From contig NC_052167.1 of the NCBI RefSeq assembly GCF_902713615.1, positions 16,775,983-16,839,982 of the forward strand: a stretch of 64,000 nucleotides of DNA, written 5' to 3'. Position 1 is the first letter of the stretch; the number at the start of each line of letters is the position of its first letter. Positions 1-13,641 of the stretch are shown one piece after another. The notes below the pieces were generated by a model that worked only from the letters and a program-made list of their open reading frames with translations, was not told the origin of the DNA and ran no database searches. Origin of the DNA: Scyliorhinus canicula. Its lineage: Eukaryota. A program made the position numbers and the translations under genes.

Positions 1-121
1 ACAATATCTACTTATTAAGGTTTTATCTTTTTTAAAGCAAATCTTCTTAACTATATTTCGAGCCTAGAGTCCTTTATAGGAATCAAAAAGAATCCAACTA
101 TACTATGTTCTATTTGCAACA

Positions 122-290
122 GCTGTTTAGCTCACTGGGCTAAATCGCAAGGCAAGCCAGCAGCACGGTTCGATTCCCGTACCAGCCTCCCTGGACAGGC
201 GCCGGAATGTGGCGACGAGGGGCTTTTCACAGTAACTTCATTGAAGCCTACTCGTGACAATAAGCGACTTTCTTTCTTTTCTTTCTTTAT
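122..290 (+). mobile_element. Short tRNA-derived SINE
   Basis: Same family as 36240-36422, 58480-58660 and 13172-13353. Confidence 0.75.
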
Positions 291-457
291 GGAAACTCCT
301 CTTTGGACGAGTTTAAAATTCTTGAACCACATTAATCTTCTCAGAGAAAGCTAAAGCTGTTTCAATTGAATAGTTAGTATCGATAAACATGATGCCTTCA
401 AATCAATCATGTTGTTATTAACTGGCTCATGTATAGCATCCACTGAACGTAATAATC

Positions 458-749
458 TTTATTTATAATCTTTATTGTCACAAGTAGGCTGACATTGCAA
501 TGAAGTTACTGTGAAAATCCCCATGTCACCACATTCCACCGCCTGTTGGGGTACACTGAGGGAGAATTCACAATGCCCAATTCGCCTAACAGCATGTCTT
601 TCGGGACTTGTGGGGGGAAACTGGAGGAAGCCCACACAGGACATGGGGAGAACGTGCAGACTCCGCACAGATAGTGACCCAAGCGGGAATCGAACTTGAG
701 ACCCTGCCGCTGTGAAGCAACAGTGCTAACCACTGCTACTGAGCTGCCC
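458..749 (-). mobile_element. tRNA-derived V-SINE/HE1-like SINE
   Basis: gggcagc..gtggttagcactg..gttcgattccc head, shared core and (TAT)n-like tail. Confidence 0.85.
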
Positions 750-1952
750 TGTTTAAACCACTTTTGACAATAAACCTACCCTAGTGTACTTGGCCAAGTA
801 GAACTACAAACTTTATTCCCCCCAAAGGAAAGAAGTTTTCTAATGTTAGAGCTTGAAGAACTCACCATATTCTTTGCACTGGAATAAAAAAATCTAACAC
901 TTTAACTTGCATTTGATATATGCAGTTGAGGATTAGTATTTTAGGGAAGTCATAAGACAGACTGCCAGCTATAGTGGACAAAAGAACGTTGCACCAATTG
1001 ATCAGTCATAAAGGATTCTACTAGTATCGCAGACTTACACCATAAATATAAAAGCATACATTTTACGAAATTCTTACTGTGCAAACTTGATATTCACTGT
1101 TTGTGCTTCAAAGAGAATGTTATTGGTAGTTAATACATTTTAACACAACTCTTTATCAACACTGATAAAGAAGTTGGGGCATATTGGTCATGCTATTAAG
1201 AACCATCTTTGTACATTGCACACAAGAACTAGGAATTTGACAAATAGTTTTTTCACCTCCCTGAAATAGAAGTCACCCCCATCGAATGAAGAATGACATT
1301 CACCAGGCTGAAAACAGAATATATTCCAAACTTCTGCCACTTGGATGGAATGCCAATTGTTATTGGATTTAAAAATAAACGTTCACTTAAAAAAAAAAGT
1401 TTCCAAATTCGATTACCCCCCATGTGGAATGAAAAGACATGTCAGTGAGTTTTAATCCTGCGCAATAGCTGAACCCATATTTATTTAAAGCATTCTTTCT
1501 GGCCTTGCATATTAAACCACAGAGCAGAAATTTCAACCCTGCATCTTTGATTCTCATGACTCAAACTTGTTTTGTGAGAAGGCTGGTCCAGTGAAATGTT
1601 TCTTGATCCCCCTTAAAAGGCATTTTTGAGACAGTGACTACTAATTTCTGAGTAAACATCCCATCTGTGTTCTTAATAGGCTACATGCATAGATACTAAT
1701 GATACAAGTTGACCTGCACCAGAGAACTATGAAACGCGCAATTAATTCAATTTGTGGGAATAACATAGCATTTTAGAGCTCCCCCATGGGAGTACTGACT
1801 GTGTAATCCACGAGATTGCACAGGCATAGTACAAAGTAGTGCTGTTAAACCAAACTTGGAAATTAAGAGGCACTTTATGACGACTCAAATACTGCAGGCA
1901 TAGAACATAAGAAAACATTTCCTTTTTCAATAAACGACTTGATGCTGTGTAC

Positions 1953-2133
1953 CTGAGACGTGCCAGCAGTTCTTTTTCCTTCATTAAGAAGTCTAATAGA
2001 ACCTTGCTGGCATAGTTGTAAGATTTTTCGATTTGTTCCACATATGCTCTTTCCTTCAGAGTATAGATCACTTCCTTGGCATCGGGACAGGTCACATCAC
2101 GGCCACATTCGCGAACAACATTGAGATATTTTC
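1953..2133 (-). CDS. TUBGCP2: TUBGCP2 coding exon 9 (GKYLNVVRECG...KELLARLR); gene continues beyond the window start
   Basis: Within ORF 1742..2152; 181 nt; CAG|GTACAC donor. No further exon recognised in 1-1952. Confidence 0.95.
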
Positions 2134-3506
2134 CTAGGGGTGAGGGGGACAAAAAAATTAAAGTTATTGACCTTCAGACTGACTGGCCAAGATTAGCTAC
2201 TTCACTTCTGTCTTATCGAAAGTTTTTCAACCTTTTGAGTCCAGGATGGAGGAGAATTCATTATGGAGTAAACGGTTTGCGATCAAACAAAAGAGAAAAA
2301 AATAAAATGGAAAGCTTGGTTTATTCTTTTTTTTAAATAGGATGGAGGGACACAGAGTGGAGATTTTCCACTTTTAAGCTTCTGCAGAACATCAGGAAAT
2401 TGCACAGCGATTTTCTGTCAGCTGATTTTAATGAATCTTTCAGGCTAGGATATGCTACTCTGCATTCATGGTGTGAAATTAAGTCCTCACGTCCTGCACA
2501 ATCAATTTTGGGTGTAGGTTCTATCCCTCTTGCAACCTGCCATGAGCAATAGATAGCGGAACTCAATTTGTAGCGAGTATATTTATTGCTCTAAAATTCT
2601 GAAATCTTGATTTGGCAGATTTGGGGAAACTTGAGCCAATGAAAACCAGTGCAGCTCAACAGAAACTGTGGCCGCTTAATTGCAAAGTAAATGGGTTGAA
2701 TTAATAACGGGACCACAAACAATGCAGGTTACATCCGTGGATTTTGTTGCAGTGTGTTTCCCTAACTAGAATGGCGCATGTTTACTTCAGAGAAGGACAT
2801 TCAAAAATGTTATTTCCTTGGAGATTCTATCATCTTTTTGCAATACAAGGACATTGTAAATCTTCCCTGCTTGTTTTAAAATAGAAATTTAAAAAGTGGA
2901 ATTAGACTCAAAGACAAGGTCTGTTCCTAAGGTCTCATTTTCAATAAGATTTCATTTACTCAGTCCCTGGAGTCAAAACATGCCGCTATTTTGTCTTCCT
3001 AGTCGTCATGCCATTTCTTTCCTGCTAGGCATTATGGACAAAGACAACATTATTGAAGCGTAATACTAAACTTATGTTTTGCAACCCCCAGCTAGATACA
3101 TTGAAGATCGTCGTAGACAAACCTTGAATTTTCAGTTCTCTATTAATGTTTTCAATGGAACTCATCTATGCAGACTGTGTGAAGTATTGTTAGACATAAA
3201 CAGTACTCAGATGATTGAAAGTCTCCACGGGCAAAATCAGCCCGACTATACAGCAATTTAGCAAGACGCTCAGATCATGAACGCGGGAGAGCGCAATAAA
3301 CTTGCTGATGAAATTTACCTACAACTGTATTTTTCATGCCATGCCATTCCTCAGGAGTTACAAAGAAAGCTGGTTTAACTTAACATCTTTTTTAAAGTCA
3401 ATTTGCTTCAATGCTAGAGAACGATATAGATGTATTTGTAATTTAAACATAAATTTGATACAATGGAACATACAGATAATGAAGAGTACACCGAGTATTG
3501 CACTAC

Positions 3507-3652
3507 CTGTACTAAGTATCTTATCAGCCAACCTCTGCAGAAATGAAGGGATTCTGTGCTGGATAATGGTATACCTCTCATCCCAGTACTTGTCATTGTA
3601 ATCCTCCTGAATTTTCTCCTTTTGCAGTTCATGTTCCTCCACCATGAACTCA
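3507..3652 (-). CDS. TUBGCP2: TUBGCP2 coding exon 8 (EFMVEEHELQKEKIQEDYNDKYWDERY...ILST)
   Basis: Within ORF 3358..3663; 146 nt; AG/GT. Confidence 0.95.
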
Positions 3653-4132
3653 CTGTACAACACAAATAAGGATACATTTGTTCAATAAAATTAACTGGTG
3701 AATCTTATGAAGTAAGATGCTCTTTGGCAAAGTAATTAAAAATATTCCAAGCTAGGAAGGTGGGCACATTTTCTTGTACACTGCATTACCTGCCCTATTA
3801 ATGACCCAGGTCGCCTGGAATTCACAAACAACAGAACCCGTTGCCCCTCTGCAGAACAGTTCAACTCAACATTTCCAGATCGCAAGATCCATAAATTCCC
3901 AGTCACGCCATGCAACAACATTTAACTTCTTGGGAGTAACGACAGCATCAGACAGGAGTGGGGAAGAATGACTCCATGAGGTGCAGAGCCCAGGAGGGGA
4001 CAAGGAGGGTAGAATGATGCCAGTGCGGAAGGAGATGGGAGGAGAGCAAGAGAGTATTTTATCTGTTTGGAACCAAGACTAAAATTTAAAACAAAACACA
4101 GGGGGAGTGATATCCAGTGGGTAACCGTATAC

Positions 4133-4322
4133 CTGTAAGGGTCTTGTATGATTCCCCTGTAGATCCACTTCTCTAAAATTTCAAAGTAAGGAACACTGGC
4201 TGCTTTCGTCAGATAGAGACAGAGCTCTTGTGCCTGACTGTCTCCTGTGTAGTTAAAAGTCCGATCATGGAGCACACTTAGTGTTGATCCCCCCATGCAT
4301 TCTCCTTTCTCCACAGAGGTAG
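4133..4322 (-). CDS. TUBGCP2: TUBGCP2 coding exon 7 (TSVEKGECMGGSTLSVLHDRT...IIQDPY)
   Basis: Overlaps ORF 3922..4314; 190 nt; AG/GT. Confidence 0.95.
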
Positions 4323-4547
4323 CTGGTACAAAACAAGAGGAGAAATCATGTCTTCTTGAATCAGTTACTAATTATATATTTTTTTTGCCAGAAAATAATA
4401 ATCCTGGTTAGCTACACATAAATGCAGTTAGCAACAATTAAAATTTATTACATTTCTACCAAGGCTTGTTCACAGTGACAATAAGGATTATTATAAATTA
4501 TAAACATTACTCAAAGATATCTTCCAATTAGAAGTGCATATGAGTGG

Positions 4548-4760
4548 TCGGCAAAGTGGTGCCTTGGTTAGCACAGCTGCCCCACAGCGCCAAGGACCTG
4601 GGTTCGATCCCGGCTCCGTGTCGCTGTATGTGTGAGTTTACACACTGCGTGGGTCTCAGCCCCACAACCCAAAGAAAATGTGCAGGGTAGGTGGATCGGC
4701 CACACTAAATTACCCCTTAATTGGGGAAAAAAATGAATTGGGCAGTTAATTTTTTTTTTA
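4548..4760 (+). mobile_element. tRNA-derived SINE
   Basis: ggttagcac..ggttcgatcccgg head and shared core. Confidence 0.75.
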
Positions 4761-4913
4761 CAAAGTGCGTATGAGGTAACTTTATATTAATATTATTTTT
4801 TTAAAACAGGCAAATTGACATGAGCAAACTTTTCTCTTAATGCTTTCTCAAGATTTTTTAACCTTATTTTTACATTTAAAAGAATGAAGTTCAAAACACA
4901 GACAGACCAATAC

Positions 4914-5113
4914 CTATCGAAGCCAATATCTCCATTGTTCGAATAGTTGGCTGAACATAAAACCAAAGTTTCTGTAACGAGAGCAGCCCTTGTCGCTGCA
5001 AGTGTTCCAGTTGCGTCACGAGGATCATGTACTCCTTCACAAGCGTCCGCATGGCTGCAGCCAAAGCATGGTTTACCTGACCATGCTCAAAGGAGGACTT
5101 ATCTTCAATGAAC
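4914..5113 (-). CDS. TUBGCP2: TUBGCP2 coding exon 6 (FIEDKSSFEHGQVNHALAAAMR...MEILASI)
   Basis: Manual translation; 200 nt; AG/GT; phase-consistent. Confidence 0.95.
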
Positions 5114-5307
5114 CTGAGTAGAGACCCAAAGCAGAATTATCAAAGGTCAAGCCAAATTATTTACAGACACTTATCCAAGATCTAGCATGTCACAGTTCCT
5201 TAGTCAATTTAAAGAGCATGACTGTTGGGAACATCCAGTAAAATGTTTCTAATGCAGAAGCAATCTACATGTAAATTTCAGACCTCCAACCTTTTGAGGT
5301 TGCCCAC

Positions 5308-5515
5308 CTGGTGACAGAGGAGTAGCTCGCTGCTATCGGAAGAATCCTATTTACAAGTTCTTTAACAGACATGTCCAGTGTGGGGTCAACAGCAAAGGAT
5401 CGACTGTGTCTTCCCATCAATGGCTGTGCTGTGATGTACTTTCCATCGACTCCAATCAAAACGTACAGCAAGTCTTCAACTATCATTTGTTCTTGTGCAG
5501 CAAGTGCCACAGTTC
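5308..5515 (-). CDS. TUBGCP2: TUBGCP2 coding exon 5 (GTVALAAQEQMIVEDLLYVLIGVDGKYI...SSVTR)
   Basis: Start of the GRIP1/Spc97-Spc98 domain; 208 nt; phase-consistent. Confidence 0.95.
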
Positions 5516-6652
5516 CTAATGGAGAGGGAGAGAGGTTTGGCAGTGAAACACGTTGCGACCGGATTTGGATCATCCCAACAAGCTTGTTCTGAAAGTTTGG
5601 CCATCGTAATTTTCTACAAGTTGCATCGTATGACAGACAATCTGCACGATTGCACCTCAACAAAATCATGTACAAAATCGTTTGATCTCAGAAGTAAAAG
5701 GAAGCATTCTGAATGAAAGTGAAATTTAGCAACAGATTTACCATATGTGAGAGGCATGATATTGCAAAATGACAATTTAGAAATATGTCAAACTTGGTTG
5801 AGAGATTTCAAACAGAAAGAATAAGTGGGAAATCAGTTCCAGCACATTAGAGCTTGGGTTGAGTATGTTTTAATCTGAAGCTCCTAGGAAATTGGGTAAT
5901 GGAATATGCATGTAAAGTGCATTTTAACATGACTCACAATCTTTTTTTAACTTTAATAGAAAAATAATTTGTTTAAGATCTCTACAAACGACACACGGAA
6001 AAACATCTTTACATACAAAAATACAATATGCCCCAAATCATAAGTAATACTGATTGCAAGGGTGTTCTTAAAGACTTTGGATGACATAAATCACAATGCA
6101 AAATATAAAATGCCTTTTACTATCAGCCCAAAAATGGGTTTACTACCCCCGACATTTCTCCAAAGATATCCAGAGCAATGTGTGCCGTTAATGGTTAACA
6201 GCACAAACTGAAAGATTGATAATTGCATCATGATCTTCGCTACAGGAAAGAAATAAACAAAGGGCTTCTTTTTTGTAACCTGATATTGTCACAGGATTTC
6301 AGTGAAACGCAATGGTGCCGGTACTAAGCTCCCTTGAACGTTGGAGACAACCCAATACTAAATGCGTTTCCACACTGAGTCATGTTTGAAGATAGCATTT
6401 AGAGTTTTACTATTGACGGTTGATGGAACTCAAGGAAAGGAAGTCAGAATAACACGATCTGCTTCAGCTCAGCATTATGGAATGGTAAGAATGATTTTAT
6501 TCTGCAGTGCATTGGTGTCTGTAATTTATATGAACTTTGTAAGTATTAATCCAAGAATACAGACCTTCAGATAAAATAACACTTCTCGTTTCTAATTTTC
6601 AATTCAGCTCTATCACAATAATGAAAGAAACTTCAATGTATACTTGATTTAC

Positions 6653-6812
6653 CTATAGAAACGACTGTCTCAGTGATTGGACTCGAGCTGTTTATAAAGT
6701 CCCCCAGAAGAGCCGGCCTTTCATACACCCATGGTGGAAAATGTGGAATAATCAGCCCTGGATTTCTCTTGTTGTGCTTGTCCCGAAGGAGCTTCCGGAC
6801 TACTTCAAGCGG
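6653..6812 (-). CDS. TUBGCP2: TUBGCP2 coding exon 4 (PLEVVRKLLRDKHNKRNPG...WVYERPALLGDF...VSI)
   Basis: Manual translation; 160 nt ending phase 1; AG/GT boundaries. Confidence 0.93.
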
Positions 6813-6899
6813 CTAGAAATCAAAATGTTAAAATATGAAAGCGGAGACCACAAGTATAACTCCCCGACCTAAGAAATTAAATTCTTACAGGATAGTCAG

Positions 6900-7390
6900 C
6901 ATGACTGTGAAATGTCATTATTGTTTGTTGTGAGGGGGATAGAGTACAAAAGTACGGATGTTATGCTTCAGTTAGAAGGTGTTGATGAGACCACATCTGG
7001 AGTGCTGTGTACAGTATTAATCTTATTTAAAGAAGGATGTAAATTCATTGTAAGCAGTTCAGGGAAAAGGTTTACGGGAATGTATGGGTTGTCTTCCGAG
7101 GAAAGGTTGGACAGAGTTGGTTTGTATTTACTGGAGTGGAGAAGTGTGAAGTTGCAACCTGACTGAAACATTTGAGATCCTGAGGGGCATTGACAGGGTG
7201 GATATGGTAGGATGGTTTCCTCTTGTGGCAGAATCTAGAACTAGGGGTCACTGTTTAAAAACAAGGGGTCGTCCAATTTAGAGAGGGGGAGGATTTTTTC
7301 TCGCAGAGGGTCCAAAGTCTTTGGAGCTCTCTTTCTCTAAAGGCAGTGGCAAAGTCTTTGAATATTTTTAAGGCCTAGCTAGATAAGTTA
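6900..7390 (+). mobile_element. CR1 LINE 3' fragment
   Basis: RGIEYKS..RFTG..GLSSEERLDRVGLYLLE remnant. Confidence 0.75.
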
Positions 7391-7789
7391 GAAGTTGGAA
7401 TTCCTACAGTGCAGGAGGCCGCCATTTGGCCTATCGAGCCTGCACCGTCCCTCGGAAATAGCATCCTATTTAAGACCACTCCACTAACCTATCCCTGTAA
7501 TCCAGTAACCCTATCTAACCTTTTGGACACTAAGTTCTTGATGAGAAAGTGAGTGAAAGTTTATCTGGGGTAGGCGGGAATATGGAGCCATGCTCATGTT
7601 GAATGATGGAGCAGACTCGAGGGGCCGAATGGCCTTCTCCTGCTCCTAATAAATTTGATCGTCGTAAATTAATCAAAACTCCAGAATTTACTACAAATAT
7701 ATTCTTCATAGTGTTACGCAACATTTCCAGTTATCTAATATCGTTCAGATTTTAAAATCAGTTTTCAAATATTTTGTGTTCTGTTTTTG

Positions 7790-8560
7790 AGGACTTCTGT
7801 AATAATAGAACAATATCCAAGCTTGTGCTGACAAGTGGCAAGTTATATTCACACCACACAAGTGCCAGGCAATGACCATCTCCGACAAGAGAGGATCGAA
7901 CCATCGCCCCTTGACATTCAATGGCATGACCATCGCTGAATCCCCGCAATCAACATCCTGGGGATTACCATTGATCAGAAACTGAACTCAACTGGCCATA
8001 TTTATACTGTTGCTACCAGGGCAGGTTAAAGGCTCGGAATCGTACATCGAATAACTCACCTCCTGATCCCCTCAAAGCCTGTCCCCCCAATTACAAATCC
8101 CAAGTCAGGAGTGTGATGGAATACTCTCCACTTGTCTGGATGAGTGCAGTTCCAACAACGCTCAAGAAGCTTCACACCATCCAGGAGAAAGCAGCCCCAC
8201 TTGATTGCTCCCCCTTCGACAAACATTCCATCCCTCCGCCACCCACGATCAGCGGGAGCCATATGTACCATCTACAAGATGAACTGTAGTAACTCGCCAA
8301 GGTTCCTTGGAAAGCACCTTTCAAATTCACGCCCATTACCATCCTGAAGGCCAAGAGCAGCAGATTCGTGGGAACCCCACCACGTGGAGGTTCCCCTCCA
8401 AGTCACTCACCATCCTGACTTGGAAATACATTGCCATTCCTTCGCTGAAGGACTGCAGCGTTTCAAGAAGGCATCTCACCACCACCTTCTGAAGGGCAAC
8501 TAGGGATGGGCAACAAATGCTGGCCTAACCAGCGACACCCACATCCCGTAAATGAATAAG
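7790..8560 (+). mobile_element. LINE 3' fragment (CR1-related family)
   Basis: Homologous to 34885-35340 (SLHHR.T.A.CTIYKM.CS.SPR motif). Confidence 0.7.
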
Positions 8561-9076
8561 AGGGATTTTATTTGCTTCATAATTTAAGAGGTAACAACTT
8601 TCATCTCCACCTAGAATGCTTTAAAATCACCAAAAATACCCCATCTATTAAGGCCCACTCCAGTTTGCAACAGTTTGTGCTGGAAAACACATATGTGTGG
8701 ACATTGGCATGAGGGCAGGATGAGAAGCTTAATTAATGATGCCAACCACAGGAAATAACCTGTCGCCACACCATCCAGGTTCACCAGAAGAACCTGGACA
8801 AAACATCAGACAGACACTGGCCTCCGGGAAACGCAGCAAGGGTCAAGGTTTGGTAAGAGAAGGAAGAAAACAAAAATGGGGAACAATTATTCTACGTGAT
8901 TCAGTCAGCTTTTACATTGGGAAATTTCGAATCATTTGCAAAACTTGAATTCATCAGTATAAATAATCGAAAATGGAAAATTTGTTCTTTAAAACACTGA
9001 ATTCACACCAGTTGATGAAAGACGGCCTAAGTGTACAAGAGTAGCCAAATAAAGATTTGAAGTTCAATCACTTTAC

Positions 9077-9253
9077 CTGCTGTGAACTTGAGGCAGTAGT
9101 GACACTGCCAAGTTGTTTTCGGAGTTCTTCAAGTTCCTGTAGAGAGAGTTTGGAAGTGGTCGTTGGGATGCTGAATGTTGCGCTACTGCTAGCTAAGACA
9201 TTGGATGAATGTTCTGCTCTCTCCTTCGCGTTTTGTTGTAAGTACTGCAGAGT
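9077..9253 (-). CDS. TUBGCP2: TUBGCP2 coding exon 3 (TLQYLQQNAKERAE...SSSQQ)
   Basis: Within ORF 9068..9292; ttgcAG acceptor, CAG|GTAAAG donor; 177 nt. Confidence 0.94.
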
Positions 9254-11109
9254 CTGCAATAAAATGGAAGACAAACCTGCTTTGAAGCTCACTATATTGA
9301 AAATGCTTGCAGCTCACAATTTCCTGGCTGTAATTGTTTTTTTTTTAAAGCAGTCCTGTGTTGTCGCTTAGCCAGGTTGGTACCCTCCTGCACACTTCAA
9401 TGAACCAGGGTTGATCCTTTGGCTTAGTGGCAATGGTAGAGTGGAGGATATGCCAGGCCATGGGGTTCTGCAGCATTATCCATGAAATTGTATTTTGTAC
9501 TTTGCTATGCACTGTGAATTACCGAATGTGAGCTGCATCTATATATCGTAAGCTTGCATTTCCAAATTCTCGGTCTCGTGCTTTAGAACAAGTTTGCCTG
9601 ATGCAGATTCAATCATAGCGGAACCAAAGGCTATTTAGGGTAGTGAAAACACGACTGAGTCAACGTGCTTTGCTATGGAATGGCAAGATATGAATTTGCA
9701 CTGTTGCAACTTCTGGGCAGGTTCTCAACTGGTTAGGTTGTCCCAAGAAAGTCACCAAATGATGGTCCAAGTTACTTTAAGCCGCCCTCATACGCCTTTT
9801 ACTGGCTGCCTTCAGGACAGCATTAGTACAGGCCTGGGAGCAGATCACTTCAACACTCCCTTGGTCAGGGAAAGCAGGCAGCATTAACAGAAGGCCCAAA
9901 GAAAGAATAAATGACTGAAAATTGATAACAAAAAGATTCTTTCCACACCTTGTGTTGCATTGCTGTGACAACTGAAATTAACAACAAAAATATTACCTGC
10001 ATCTAGAAAACACAATTGGAAATATAAAACGTGCTCTACATGATAAAAATGCTAATCTTTTATGGAAACAAATTTAAATAGTGGAAGGGCTCAGCCAGTC
10101 CTGGTGGGGAATGGCCATGTGACCTGCTGACTTCTTCCAGTCTGTCCTGATTTTATTTCTAGTTTACAGCATCTGCAGTATTTGCCTTACCTAAACGGTC
10201 CAGTTGTACAAATTTCTAATTGCATTTTGCCCCGGGAAAGTATTCCCTGTAGATGGAGGTTCAATAAGATTCTACATTCAGCAAATTAGCAACGTCGCAA
10301 CAATCTACCAATGTTTCAAGATAGTATAAAGTTCTCGTTTGTTTACATCACGACACAGAACCTTTAACACAGCAAACGGCCCAAGATCGGAGCGGGTTTA
10401 TAGGATTGGACAGGGATTTAGAAGTGGCCAGAGAATCCAGTCTTCAATGAGGGAAATGGATGAAGCTGGATAGAGTAATGAAATACCATTAGAAGGAATT
10501 GAAGTCGAGACAAGTATGACATTGGAGTGAAGCCATTTTTTTGCAGCAGGATTCAAAGTAATTATGATGCGATTTGCTTTAATTTTACGGCAGCTGTAGT
10601 TTGTTTTAATGAAAAGAGCGGAAAAATTGCATTTTATTTATGAGTGATGTGAAAACATCCATCACTGCTGACGGATGAGTATAGTCAAGGCAAACTAAAG
10701 CAAGTCACCAGGCCATAGTCTGCCAATTGGTGTGGGTAACTTCAGCACTGAAACTGTGAGTTACACAAGCACCATCTGTTTAAAAAAAGAGGTGCGTCAC
10801 AGGGAGCCATATGTCAATGCCACAAACCGCAAGAAATTAAATGCAAATTCTCCTATATTTTTGGCAAATCCACCTACGATTAAATTAATTCAAGATCTCC
10901 ATTGGGCTGTGTCACTGTGACCAGGCTGTTGGAATTTACAGTGTCAAGGAGAGAGATTTGTTCCCTAATTCCTGATTTTCCACATCGCCTTCCAACCAAA
11001 GGACAGTTGCAAAAAAAGAAATACGTCAGAACACCTATCATCAGAATTCATTGTGCCATCAAAACTCATACTAACAAGCATGTTTAGTCAAATTGACAGG
11101 AACATTACA

Positions 11110-11290
11110 TGGTTAGCACTGCTGCCTCACAGCACCAGGGACCCTGGTCCAATTCTGGCCTTGGGTGACTGTCTGTGTGGAGTTTCCACGCTCTCCCAGT
11201 GTCTGCCTGTCTTCCTTTCCGGAACTCCGGTTTCCTCCCACAGTCCAAAGACGTCCAGGTTAGGTTGATGTAGGGAAATAGTTAAATTGT
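11110..11290 (+). mobile_element. tRNA-derived SINE (partial)
   Basis: Shared head and core. Confidence 0.75.
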
Positions 11291-11899
11291 GGGAGCACAT
11301 CAGTTTTATAGAATCCAGACTGGTGTGACAATATAACAAAGGGAGCAGATACCAATATGAGTGACGTTAAAGACCACTATTCAGAAGTCACAATTCACAA
11401 CTTGTAAACCAATAGGGGGCAAAGAGGGGAGCGGTATCAAACCGTACAGGTATAAGGTTACTGCCGCACATGTTGCCCGTCTCTTCTTCTTCGCTTTTGT
11501 TCTCCTTTTATTGTTTTCTTCCTTCTGCCCCGCTGGGCTTTAGTTTATTTTATTCAGCAGATTTTGAAATGCACTAACCTGATTTTTGCAATAAAACTCA
11601 ATCTCGCACTACCACCGGACCCTCCTCTCTTATTTGAAAAATAAGAGATCCGACAGTTGTGTTATGGGGATAGGGTGGGATAGATAGGGTGCTCTTTCAG
11701 AGGGTTGGTGCAGATCCCATGGGCCGAATGGCCTCCTTCTGCACTGCGGGGATTGTATGGTAAAGAAGAGGGTGGTGGTTGGGGCGGGGGGGGGGGGGTG
11801 TGGAGCTGGGTGCACATTATGCCCCAGTGCATTATCAATTTATCTTGGATGCTAGCGGATACGTGAAGCAAAACCTGCTCCTTTCACACTGTGCCCCAT

Positions 11900-12450
11900 T
11901 GCACAGCGAGGAATTAACATTACAGAGTATAATGTGGGAATATGCGAGTTGGCCCACTTTGGCAAGAAGAACAGAAAAGCAGAGTATTATTTAAGAGAGA
12001 GACTGCAGAATTCTGCAGTGCAAAGGGATCTGGGTGACCTTGCCCAAGTATCACAAAACGTTAGCAAGCAGGTGTAGCAAGTCAGTGGGAAAGCAAATGG
12101 AATATTGGTCCTCAGTGCAATGGGATGGAGCACAAAAATAAGGAAGTCTCGTTGCAACCGTAAAGGACATTGGTGAAAGCACACTAAAGTATTATATACA
12201 GTTCTGGACTCCTTACTCAAGGTCGGATTTACGTGCACTGAAAGTAGTCCAGAGGAGGTTCACTGGAGTCATTCCTTATAAGGAAATGTTGAGCAGGTTG
12301 AGCCTATACTTATTGCAATTGAGAAGAATGAGAGGTGATTTTATTGAAACAAAAGATTCCTCGACAGGGTGGATGCTGAGAGAATGTCTCCTTTTGTGGA
12401 GCAATCTAGAGTTTGGAGGCACTGTTCGACAATAAGGAGGCTCCCTGTCT
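11900..12450 (+). mobile_element. CR1 LINE 3' fragment
   Basis: aagggatctgggtg..., aggaggttcactgg..., gagaagaatgagaggtgat CR1 hallmarks. Confidence 0.7.
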
Positions 12451-12869
12451 ATAGGCACTGGAGATCGACATAAGACCAGTCTGGGTAAAAATAAGAAATA
12501 GTACAGGAAAGTCCCTGGTGGGAGTAATCTTTCAATCCCCAAACAGCAGTTGCACAGTGGGGCACTACATAAACCAGGAAAATTTGGAATAAGAAGGGTA
12601 TGACAATAATGATGGGAGATTTTAATACGCATATAGACTGGATTAATGAAATTGGCATGGGTAGCCTTTTAAAGATTAAGAAAGGGAGAATATGGTTCTT
12701 GGAGAATATGTTGAGGAACCAACAAGGGAGCAGGCTATTCTAGATTTGGTATTATACAATGAGGGATTAATTAATGACCATTAGTTAAGGATCCTCTAGG
12801 GAAGAGTGATCATAATATGCTAGAATTTCAAATTCAGTTTGAGGGTGAGAAACTGGAGTCCCACACTTG

Positions 12870-13641
12870 TGTTCTGGGCTAGGGTTTAGAGAACCCCAAA
12901 GTGTATCATGGAGCTCACCTGACCCACAACTTTTAATAGATTGTGGTATGGGGAGCACATGGCCCACTCTACAGGCATGGTACAGCAGAAATGGAAAAGT
13001 ATTTTTAAAAAGCAAAACAATGTTTATTCTATGAACTCAAGTTAACCTTTTTAAAACATAGTGAACATCTTAGCAACCATTAATTCCAATACAACACCCA
13101 AAGAGTACAACACTAAGTAATGCTTACGCTGTCCTTTTAACATCCAAAAGACTTAAAACACATTTTACCAGAAATGAAATGAAAATCACTTATTGTCACA
13201 AGTAGGCTGCAAATGAAGTTACTGTGAAAAGCCCCTAGTCGCCACATTCCGGCGCCTGTTCGGGGAGGCTGGTACGGGAATTGAACTGTGCTGCTGGCCT
13301 GCCTTGGTCTGCTTTAAAAGCCAGCTATTTAGCCCAGTGTGCTAAACCAGTCCCTGCACATCAGGTTAAAGTCTCTACTGAAAACATTTATCATTCTGAA
13401 TTCATCAAATGATCAAGATAGCATTTTCATGGCAGAGAGAACAGCAGTACGCCTGCTCTGTCTGGCTTCAGCTCCAACACTGAAAACGAAACTAAAACAC
13501 ACCACACAGCCTGCTCAAAAACTAAGGTAAAAAGCTGACAGACAGCCCAGCTCCACCCACACTCTGACATCACTGATAATACCCATTTCGTAAAGGTACA
13601 TTTCTTAAACGCCCATTTCTTAAAGGTACTCTCACATGACA
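12870..13641 (-). mobile_element. Probable solo LTR inserted in a CR1 LINE, itself containing a SINE (about 13172-13353)
   Basis: TG...CA termini with 4-bp TSD cttg; CR1 sequence resumes on both sides; minus-strand AATAAA at about 13023. Confidence 0.65.

Noticed and set aside
2134-5540. Similar 'SPSPLG' translation upstream of two TUBGCP2 exons
   Set aside because: Coincidental translation of polypyrimidine tracts and acceptor sites; not coding.
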